Positions 26,401 to 37,702 of a DNA stretch of 64,000 nucleotides are shown here, piece by piece. The notes under the pieces are model-generated. The model was given only the letters and a program-made list of their open reading frames with translations, had not been told where the DNA came from and searched no databases. The position numbers were made by a program, and so were the translations under genes. This stretch comes from the human T2T-CHM13v2.0 reference genome, Homo sapiens. The stretch is from assembly GCF_009914755.1 (NCBI RefSeq), contig NC_060931.1, one strand, 5' to 3'. Numbering within the stretch: the first letter of the stretch is position 1; every line of letters begins with the position of its first letter.

Positions 26401-29400
26401 TGTTTGTAAAGTCTGCAAGTGGATATATGGACCGCATTGAGGCCTTCGTTGGAAACGGGATTTCTTCATTTCATGCTAGACAGAAGAATTCTCAGTAACT
26501 TCTTTGTGCTGTGTGTATTCAACTCACAGAGTGGAACGTCCCTTTGCACAGAGCAGATTTGAAACACTCTTTTTGTGGAGTTTGCAAGTGGAGATTTCAA
26601 GCGATTTGATGCCAACAGTAGAAAAGGAAATATCTTCAAATAAAAACTAGACAGAATCATTCTCAGAAACTACTTTGTGATGTGTGCCTTCAACTCACAG
26701 AGTTTAACCTTTCTTTTCTTAGAGCAGTTTAGAAACACTCTGCTTGTTATGTCTGCAAGTGGATATTTGGACCTCTTTGAGGCCTTCGTTGCAAACGGGG
26801 TTTCTTCCTTTCATGCTAGACTAAGAAGAGTTCTCAGTAACTTTTTTGTGTTGTGTGTATTCAACTCACAGAGTTGAACCTTGCTTTAGAGAGAGCAGAT
26901 TTGAAACACTCTTGCTGTGGCATTTTCAGGTGGAGATTTCAAGCGATTTGAGGACAATTGCAGAAAAGGAAATATCTTCGTATAATAACCAGACAGAATC
27001 ATTCTCAGAAAGTGCTTTGTGATGTGTGCGTTCAACTCACAGAGTTTAACCTTTCTTTTCATAGAGGAGTTTGGAAACACACTGTTTGTAAAGTCTGCAA
27101 GTGGATATATGGACCTGTTTGAGGCCTTCGTTGGAAACGGGATTTCTTCATTGAATGCTAGACGGAAGAATTCTCAGTAAATTCTTTGTGTTGTGTGCAT
27201 TCAACTCACAGAGTGGAACGTCCCTTTAGACAGAGCAGATTTGAAACACTCTTTTTGCGGAATTTGCAAGTGGAGATTTCTAGCCATTTGATGCCAACAG
27301 TAGAAAGGGAAATATCTTCAAATAAAAACCAGACAGAATCATTCTCAGAAAATTCTTTGTGATGTGTGCGTTCAACTCACATAGTTTAACCTTTCTTTTC
27401 ATAGAGCAGTTTGGAAACACTCTGTTTGTAAAGTCTGCAAGTGGATATATGGACCGCATTGAGGCCTTCGTTGGAAACGGGATTTCTTCATTTCATGCTA
27501 GACAGAAGAATTCTCAGTAACTTCTTTGTGCTGTGTGTATTCAACTCACAGAGTGGAACGTCCCTTTACACAGAGCAGATTTGAAACACTCTTTTTGTGG
27601 AGTTTGCAAGTGGAGATTTCAAGCGATTTGATGCCAACAGTAGAAAAGGAAATATCTTCAAATAAAAACTAGACAGAATCATTCTCAGAAACTACTTTGC
27701 GATGTGTGCCTTCAACTCACAGAGTTTAACCTTTCTTTTCTTAGAGCAGTTTAGAAACACTCTGCTTGTTATGTCTGCAAGTGGATATTTGGACCTCTTT
27801 GAGGCCTTCGTTGCAAACGGGGTTTCTTCCTTTCATGCTAGACTAAGAAGAGTTCTCAGTAACTTTTTTGTGTTGTGTGTATTCAACTCACAGAGTTGAA
27901 CCTTGCTTTAGAGAGAGCAGATTTGAAACACTCTTGCTGTGGCATTTTCAGGTGGAGATTTCAAGCGATTTGAGGACAATTGCAGAAAAGGAAATATCTT
28001 CGTATAATAACCAGACAGAATCATTCTCAGAAAGTGCTTTGTGTTGTGTGCGTTCAACTCACAGAGTTTAACCTTTCTTTTCATAGAGGAGTTTGGAAAC
28101 ACACTGTTTGTAAGGACTGCAAGTGGATATATGGACCTGTTTGAGGCCTTCGTTGGAAACGGGATTTCTTCATTGAATGCTAGACGGAAGAATTCTCAGT
28201 AAATTCTTTGTGTTGTGTGCATTCAACTCACAGAGTGGAACGTCCCTTTAGACAGAGCAGATTTGAAACACTCTTTTTGCGGAATTTGCAAGTGGAGATT
28301 TCTAGCCATTTGATGCCAACAGTAGAAAGGGAAATATCTTCAAATAAAAACCAGACAGAATCATTCTCAGAAAATTCTCTGTGATGTGTGCGTTCAACTC
28401 ACATAGTTTAACCTTTCTTTTCATAGAGCAGTTTGGAAACACTCTGTTTGTAAAGTCTGCAAGTGGATATATGGACCGCATTGAGGCCTTCGTTGGAAAC
28501 GGGATTTCTTCATTTCATGCTAGACAGAAGAATTCTCAGTAACTTCTTTGTGCTGTGTGTATTCAACTCACAGAGTGGAACGTCCCTTTGCACAGAGCAG
28601 ATTTGAAACACTCTTTTTGTGGAGTTTGCAAGTGGAGATTTCAAGCGATTTGATGCCAACAGTAGAAAAGGAAATATCTTCAAATAAAAACTAGACAGAA
28701 TCATTCTCAGAAACTACTTTGTGATGTGTGCCTTCAACTCCCAGAGTTCAACCTTTCTTTTCTTAGAGCAGTTTAGAAACACTCTGCTTGTTATGTCTGC
28801 AAGTGGATATTTGGACCTCTTTGAGGCCTTCGTTGCAAACGGGGTTTCTTCCTTTCATGCTAGACTAAGAAGAGTTCTCAGTAACTTTTTTGTGTTGTGT
28901 GTATTCAACTCACAGAGTTGAACCTTGCTTTAGAGAGAGCAGATTTGAAACACTCTTGCTGTGGCATTTTCAGGTGGAGATTTCAAGCGATTTGAGGACA
29001 ATTGCAGAAAAGGAAATATCTTCGTATAATAACCAGACAGAATCATTCTCAGAAAGTGCTTTGTGATGTGTGCGTTCAACTCACAGAGTTTAACCTTTCT
29101 TTTCATAGAGGAGTTTGGAAACACACTGTTTGTAAAGTCTGCAAGTGGATATATGGACCTGTTTGAGGCCTTCGTTGGAAACGGGATTTCTTCATTGAAT
29201 GCTAGACGGAAGAATTCTCAGTAAATTCTTTGTGTTGTGTGCATTCAACTCACAGAGTGGAACGTCCCTTTAGACAGAGCAGATTTGAAACACTCTTTTT
29301 GCGGAATTTGCAAGTGGAGATTTCTAGCCATTTGATGCCAACAGTAGAAAGGGAAATATCTTCAAATAAAAACCAGACAGAATCATTCTCAGAAAATTCT

Positions 29401-29849
29401 TTGTGATGTGTGCGTTCAACTCACATAGTTTAACCTTTCTTTTCATAGAGCAGTTTGGAAACACTCTGTTTGTAAAGTCTGCAAGTGGATATATGGACCG
29501 CATTGAGGCCTTCGTTGGAAACGGGATTTCTTCATTTCATGCTAGACAGAAGAATTCTCAGTAACTTCTTTGTGCTGTGTGTATTCAACTCACAGAGTGG
29601 AACGTCCCTTTGCACAGAGCAGATTTGAAACACTCTTTTTGTGGAGTTTGCAAGTGGAGATTTCAAGCGATTTGATGCCAACAGTAGAAAAGGAAATATC
29701 TTCAAATAAAAACTAGACAGAATCATTCTCAGAAACTACTTTGTGATGTGTGCCTTCAACTCACAGAGTTCAACCTTTCTTTTCTTAGAGCAGTTTAGAA
29801 ACACTCTGCTTGTTATGTCTGCAAGTGGATATTTGGACCTCTTTGAGGC

Positions 29850-29866
29850 CTTCGTTGCAAACCGGG
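29850..29866 (+). other. Core-disrupted CENP-B box (CGGG>CCGG)
   Basis: CTTCGTTGCAAACCGGG, with G>C at 29863. Confidence 0.85.
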
Positions 29867-30531
29867 TTTCTTCCTTTCATGCTAGACTAAGAAGAGTTCT
29901 CAGTAACTTTTTTGTGTTGTGTGTATTCAACTCACAGAGTTGAACCTTGCTTTAGAGAGAGCAGATTTGAAACACTCTTGCTGTGGCATTTTCAGGTGGA
30001 GATTTCAAGCGATTTGAGGACAATTGCAGAAAAGGAAATATCTTCGTATAATAACCAGACAGAATCATTCTCAGAAAGTGCTTTGTGATGTGTGCGTTCA
30101 ACTCACAGAGTTTAACCTTTCTTTTCATAGAGGAGTTTGGAAACACACTGTTTGTAAAGTCTGCAAGTGGATATATGGACCTGTTTGAGGCCTTCGTTGG
30201 AAACGGGATTTCTTCATTGAATGCTAGACGGAAGAATTCTCAGTAAATTCTTTGTGTTGTGTGCATTCAACTCACAGAGTGGAACGTCCCTTTAGACAGA
30301 GCAGATTTGAAACACTCTTTTTGCGGAATTTGCAAGTGGAGATTTCTAGCCATTTGATGCCAACAGTAGAAAGGGAAATATCTTCAAATAAAAACCAGAC
30401 AGAATCATTCTCAGAAAATTCTTTGTGATGTGTGCGTTCAACTCACATAGTTTAACCTTTCTTTTCATAGAGCAGTTTGGAAACACTCTGTTTGTAAAGT
30501 CTGCAAGTGGATATATGGACCGCATTGAGGC

Positions 30532-30548
30532 CTTCGTTGGAAACAGGA
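30532..30548 (+). other. Core-disrupted CENP-B box (CGGG>CAGG)
   Basis: CTTCGTTGGAAACAGGA, with a CpG transition at 30545. Confidence 0.88.
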
Positions 30549-33500
30549 TTTCTTCATTTCATGCTAGACAGAAGAATTCTCAGTAACTTCTTTGTGCTGT
30601 GTGTATTCAACTCACAGAGTGGAACGTCCCTTTACACAGAGCAGATTTGAAACACTCTTTTTGTGGAGTTTGCAAGTGGAGATTTCAAGCGATTTGATGC
30701 CAACAGTAGAAAAGGAAATATCTTCAAATAAAAACTAGACAGAATCATTCTCAGAAACTACTTTGTGATGTGTGCCTTCAACTCACAGAGTTCAACCTTT
30801 CTTTTCTTAGAGCAGTTTAGAAACACTCTGCTTGTTATGTCTGCAAGTGGATATTTGGACCTCTTTGAGGCCTTCGTTGCAAACGGGGTTTCTTCCTTTC
30901 ATGCTAGACTAAGAAGAGTTCTCAGTAACTTTTTTGTGTTGTGTGTATTCAACTCACAGAGTTGAACCTTGCTTTAGAGAGAGCAGATTTGAAACACTCT
31001 TGCTGTGGCATTTTCAGGTGGAGATTTCAAGCGATTTGAGGACAATTGCAGAAAAGGAAATATCTTCGTATAATAACCAGACAGAATCATTCTCAGGAAG
31101 TGCTTTGTGATGTGTGCGTTCAACTCACAGAGTTTAACCTTTCTTTTCATAGAGGAGTTTGGAAACACACTGTTTGTAAAGTCTGCAAGTGGATATATGG
31201 ACCTGTTTGAGGCCTTCGTTGGAAACGGGATTTCTTCATTGAATGCTAGACGGAAGAATTCTCAGTAAATTCTTTGTGTTGTGTGCATTCAACTCACAGA
31301 GTGGAACGTCCCTTTAGACAGAGCAGATTTGAAACACTCTTTTTGCGGAATTTGCAAGTGGAGATTTCTAGCCATTTGATGCCAACAGTAGAAAGGGAAA
31401 TATCTTCAAATAAAAACCAGACAGAATCATTCTCAGAAAATTCTTTGTGATGTGTGCGTTCAACTCACATAGTTTAACCTTTCTTTTCATAGAGCAGTTT
31501 GGAAACACTCTGTTTGTAAAGTCTGCAAGTGGATATATGGACCGCATTGAGGCCTTCGTTGGAAACGGGATTTCTTCATTTCATGCTAGACAGAAGAATT
31601 CTCAGTAACTTCTTTGTGCTGTGTGTATTCAACTCACAGAGTGGAACGTCCCTTTGCACAGAGCAGATTTGAAACACTCTTTTTGTGGAGTTTGCAAGTG
31701 GAGATTTCAAGCGATTTGATGCCAACAGTAGAAAAGGAAATATCTTCAAATAAAAACTAGACAGAATCATTCTCAGAAACTACTTTGTGATGTGTGCCTT
31801 CAACTCACAGAGTTTAACCTTTCTTTTCTTAGAGCAGTTTAGAAACACTCTGCTTGTTATGTCTGCAAGTGGATATTTGGACCTCTTTGAGGCCTTCGTT
31901 GCAAACGGGGTTTCTTCCTTTCATGCTAGACTAAGAAGAGTTCTCAGTAACTTTTTTGTGTTGTGTGTATTCAACTCACAGAGTTGAACCTTGCTTTAGA
32001 GAGAGCAGATTTGAAACACTCTTGCTGTGGCATTTTCAGGTGGAGATTTCAAGCGATTTGAGGACAATTGCAGAAAAGGAAATATCTTCGTATAATAACC
32101 AGACAGAATCATTCTCAGAAAGTGCTTTGTGATGTGTGCGTTCAACTCACAGAGTTTAACCTTTCTTTTCATAGAGGAGTTTGGAAACACACTGTTTGTA
32201 AAGTCTGCAAGTGGATACATGGACCTGTTTGAGGCCTTCGTTGGAAACGGGATTTCTTCATTGAATTCTAGACGGAAGAATTCTCAGTAAATTCTTTGTG
32301 TTGTGTGCATTCAACTCACAGAGTGGAACGTCCCTTTAGACAGAGCAGATTTGAAACACTCTTTTTGCGGAATTTGCAAGTGGAGATTTCTAGCCATTTG
32401 ATGCCAACAGTAGAAAGGGAAATATCTTCAAATAAAAACCAGACAGAATCATTCTCAGAAAATTCTCTGTGATGTGTGCGTTCAACTCACATAGTTTAAC
32501 CTTTCTTTTCATAGAGCAGTTTGGAAACACTCTGTTTGTAAAGTCTGCAAGTGGATATATGGACCGCATTGAGGCCTTCGTTGGAAACGGGATTTCTTCA
32601 TTTCATGCTAGACAGAAGAATTCTCAGTAACTTCTTTGTGCTGTGTGTATTCAACTCACAGAGTGGAACGTCCCTTTGCACAGAGCAGATTTGAAACACT
32701 CTTTTTGTGGAGTTTGCAAGTGGAGATTTCAAGCGATTTGATGCCAACAGTAGAAAAGGAAATATCTTCAAATAAAAACTAGACAGAATCATTCTCAGAA
32801 ACTACTTTGTGATGTGTGCCTTCAACTCACAGAGTTCAACCTTTCTTTTCTTAGAGCAGTTTAGAAACACTCTGCTTGTTATGTCTGCAAGTGGATATTT
32901 GGACCTCTTTGAGGCCTTCGTTGCAAACGGGGTTTCTTCCTTTCATGCTAGACTAAGAAGAGTTCTCAGTAACTTTTTTGTGTTGTGTGTATTCAACTCA
33001 CAGAGTTGAACCTTGCTTTAGAGAGAGCAGATTTGAAACACTCTTGCTGTGGCATTTTCAGGTGGAGATTTCAAGCGATTTGAGGACAATTGCAGAAAAG
33101 GAAATATCTTCGTATAATAACCAGACAGAATCATTCTCAGAAAGTGCTTTGTGATGTGTGCGTTCAACTCACAGAGTTTAACCTTTCTTTTCATAGAGGA
33201 GTTTGGAAACACACTGTTTGTAAAGTCTGCAAGTGGATATATGGACCTGTTTGAGGCCTTCGTTGGAAACGGGATTTCTTCATTGAATGCTAGACGGAAG
33301 AATTCTCAGTAAATTCTTTGTGTTGTGTGCATTCAACTCACAGAGTGGAACGTCCCTTTAGACAGAGCAGATTTGAAACACTCTTTTTGCGGAATTTGCA
33401 AGTGGAGATTTCTAGCCATTTGATGCCAACAGTAGAAAGGGAAATATCTTCAAATAAAAACCAGACAGAATCATTCTCAGAAAATTCTTTGTGATGTGTG

Positions 33501-36500
33501 CGTTCAACTCACATAGTTTAACCTTTCTTTTCATAGAGCAGTTTGGAAACACTCTGTTTGTAAAGTCTGCAAGTGGATATATGGACCGCATTGAGGCCTT
33601 CGTTGGAAACGGGATTTCTTCATTTCATGCTAGACAGAAGAATTCTCAGTAACTTCTTTGTGCTGTGTGTATTCAACTCACAGAGTGGAACGTCCCTTTA
33701 CACAGAGCAGATTTGAAACACTCTTTTTGTGGAGTTTGCAAGTGGAGATTTCAAGCGATTTGATGCCAACAGTAGAAAAGGAAATATCTTCAAATAAAAA
33801 CTAGACAGAATCATTCTCAGAAACTACTTTGTGATGTGTGCCTTCAACTCACAGAGTTCAACCTTTCTTTTCTTAGAGCAGTTTAGAAACACTCTGCTTG
33901 TTATGTCTGCAAGTGGATATTTGGACCTCTTTGAGGCCTTCGTTGCAAACGGGGTTTCTTCCTTTCATGCTAGACTAAGAAGAGTTCTCAGTAACTTTTT
34001 TGTGTTGTGTGTATTCAACTCACAGAGTTGAACCTTGCTTTAGAGAGAGCAGATTTGAAACACTCTTGCTGTGGCATTTTCAGGTGGAGATTTCAAGCGA
34101 TTTGAGGACAATTGCAGAAAAGGAAATATCTTCGTATAATAACCAGACAGAATCATTCTCAGAAAGTGCTTTGTGATGTGTGCGTTCAACTCACAGAGTT
34201 TAACCTTTCTTTTCATAGAGGAGTTTGGAAACACACTGTTTGTAAAGTCTGCAAGTGGATACATGGACCTGTTTGAGGCCTTCGTTGGAAACGGGATTTC
34301 TTCATTGAATGCTAGACGGAAGAATTCTCAGTAAATTCTTTGTGTTGTGTGCATTCAACTCACAGAGTGGAACGTCCCTTTAGACAGAGCAGATTTGAAA
34401 CACTCTTTTTGCGGAATTTGCAAGTGGAGATTTCTAGCCATTTGATGGCAACAGTAGAAAGGGAAATATCTTCAAATAAAAACCAGACAGAATCATTCTC
34501 AGAAAATTCTTTGTGATGTGTGCGTTCAACTCACATAGTTTAACCTTTCTTTTCATAGAGCAGTTTGGAAACACTCTGTTTGTAAAGTCTGCAAGTGGAT
34601 ATATGGACCGCATTGAGGCCTTCGTTGGAAACGGGATTTCTTCATTTCATGCTAGACAGAAGAATTCTCAGTAACTTCTTTGTGCTGTGTGTATTCAACT
34701 CACAGAGTGGAACGTCCCTTTGCACAGAGCAGATTTGAAACACTCTTTTTGTGGAGTTTGCAAGTGGAGATTTCAAGCGATTTGATGCCAACAGTAGAAA
34801 AGGAAATATCTTCAAATAAAAACTAGACAGAATCATTCTCAGAAACTACTTTGTGATGTGTGCCTTCAACTCACAGAGTTTAACCTTTCTTTTCTTAGAG
34901 CAGTTTAGAAACACTCTGCTTGTTATGTCTGCAAGTGGATATTTGGACCTCTTTGAGGCCTTCGTTGCAAACGGGGTTTCTTCCTTTCATGCTAGACTAA
35001 GAAGAGTTCTCAGTAACTTTTTTGTGTTGTGTGTATTCAACTCACAGAGTTGAACCTTGCTTTAGAGAGAGCAGATTTGAAACACTCTTGCTGTGGCATT
35101 TTCAGGTGGAGATTTCAAGCGATTTGAGGACAATTGCAGAAAAGGAAATATCTTCGTATAATAACCAGACAGAATCATTCTCAGAAAGTGCTTTGTGATG
35201 TGTGCGTTCAACTCACAGAGTTTAACCTTTCTTTTCATAGAGGAGTTTGGAAACACACTGTTTGTAAAGTCTGCAAGTGGATACATGGACCTGTTTGAGG
35301 CCTTCGTTGGAAACGGGATTTCTTCATTGAATTCTAGACGGAAGAATTCTCAGTAAATTCTTTGTGTTGTGTGCATTCAACTCACAGAGTGGAACGTCCC
35401 TTTAGACAGAGCAGATTTGAAACACTCTTTTTGCGGAATTTGCAAGTGGAGATTTCTAGCCATTTGATGCCAACAGTAGAAAGGGAAATATCTTCAAATA
35501 AAAACCAGACAGAATCATTCTCAGAAAATTCTTTGTGATGTGTGCGTTCAACTCACATAGTTTAACCTTTCTTTTCATAGAGCAGTTTGGAAACACTCTG
35601 TTTGTAAAGTCTGCAAGTGGATATATGGACCGCATTGAGGCCTTCGTTGGAAACGGGATTTCTTCATTTCATGCTAGACAGAAGAATTCTCAGTAACTTC
35701 TTTGTGCTGTGTGTATTCAACTCACAGAGTGGAACGTCCCTTTGCACAGAGCAGATTTGAAACACTCTTTTTGTGGAGTTTGCAAGTGGAGATTTCAAGC
35801 GATTTGATGCCAACAGTAGAAAAGGAAATATCTTCAAATAAAAACTAGACAGAATCATTCTCAGAAACTACTTTGTGATGTGTGCCTTCAACTCACAGAG
35901 TTTAACCTTTCTTTTCTTAGAGCAGTTTAGAAACACTCTGCTTGTTATGTCTGCAAGTGGATATTTGGACCTCTTTGAGGCCTTCGTTGCAAACGGGGTT
36001 TCTTCCTTTCATGCTAGACTAAGAAGAGTTCTCAGTAACTTTTTTGTGTTGTGTGTATTCAACTCACAGAGTTGAACCTTGCTTTAGAGAGAGCAGATTT
36101 GAAACACTCTTGCTGTGGCATTTTCAGGTGGAGATTTCAAGCGATATGAGGACAATTGCAGAAAAGGAAATATCTTCGTATAATAACCAGACAGAATCAT
36201 TCTCAGAAAGTGCTTTGTGATGTGTGCGTTCAACTCACAGAGTTTAACCTTTCTTTTCATAGAGGAGTTTGGAAACACACTGTTTGTAAAGTCTGCAAGT
36301 GGATATATGGACCTGTTTGAGGCCTTCGTTGGAAACGGGATTTCTTCATTGAATGCTAGACGGAAGAATTCTCAGTAAATTCTTTGTGTTGTGTGCATTC
36401 AACTCACAGAGTGGAACGTCCCTTTAGACAGAGCAGATTTGAAACACTCTTTTTGCGGAATTTGCAAGTGGAGATTTCTAGCCTTTTGATGCCAACAGTA

Positions 36501-37345
36501 GAAAGGGAAATATCTTCAAATAAAAACCAGACAGAATCATTCTCAGAAAATTCTTTGTGATGTGTGCGTTCAACTCACATAGTTTAACCTTTCTTTTCAT
36601 AGAGCAGTTTGGAAACACTCTGTTTGTAAAGTCTGCAAGTGGATATATGGACCGCATTGAGGTCTTCGTTGGAAACGGGATTTCTTCATTTCATGCTAGA
36701 CAGAAGAATTCTCAGTAACTTCTTTGTGCTGTGTGTATTCAACTCACAGAGTGGAACGTCCCTTTACACAGAGCAGATTTGAAACACTCTTTTTGTGGAG
36801 TTTGCAAGTGGAGATTTCAAGCGATTTGATGCCAACAGTAGAAAAGGAAATATCTTCAAATAAAAACTAGACAGAATCATTCTCAGAAACTACTTTGTGA
36901 TGTGTGCCTTCAACTCACAGAGTTTAACCTTTCTTTTCTTAGAGCAGTTTAGAAACACTCTGCTTGTTATGACTGCAAGTGGATATTTGGACCTCTTTGA
37001 GGCCTTCGTTGCAAACGGGGTTTCTTCCTTTAATGCTAGACTAAGAAGAGTTCTCAGTAACTTTTTTGTGTTGTGTGTATTAAACTCACAGAGTTGAACC
37101 TTGCTTTAGAGAGAGCAGATTTGAAACACTCTTGCTGTGGCATTTTCAGGTGGAGATTTCAAGCGATTTGAGGACAATTGCAGAAAAGGAAATATCTTCG
37201 TATAATAACCAGACAGAATCATTCTCAGAAAGTGCTTTGTGATGTGTGCGTTCAACTCACAGAGTTTAACCTTTCTTTTCATAGAGGAGTTTGGAAACAC
37301 ACTGTTTGTAACGACTGCAAGTGGATATATGGACCTGTTTGAGGC

Positions 37346-37362
37346 CTTCTTTGGAAACGGGA
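37346..37362 (+). other. Core-disrupted CENP-B box (TTCG>TTCT)
   Basis: CTTCTTTGGAAACGGGA, with G>T at 37350. Confidence 0.88.
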
Positions 37363-37685
37363 TTTCTTCATTGAATGCTAGACGGAAGAATTCTCAGTAA
37401 ATTCTTTGTGTTGTGTGCATTCAACTCACAGAGTGGAACGTCCCTTTAGACACAGCAGATTTGAAACACTCTTTTTGCGGAATTTGCAAGTGGAGATTTC
37501 TAGCCATTTGATGCCAACAGTAGAAAGGGAAATATCTTCAAATAAAAACCAGACAGAATCATTCTCAGCAAATTCTTTGTGATGTGTGCGTTCAACTCAC
37601 ATAGTTTAACCTTTCTTTTCATAGAGCAGTTTGGAAACACTCTGTTTGTAAAGTCTGCAAGTGGATATATGGACCGCATTGAAGC

Positions 37686-37702
37686 CTTCATTGGAAACGG
37701 GA
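37686..37702 (+). other. Core-disrupted CENP-B box (TTCG>TTCA)
   Basis: CTTCATTGGAAACGGGA, with G>A at 37690. Confidence 0.88.
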
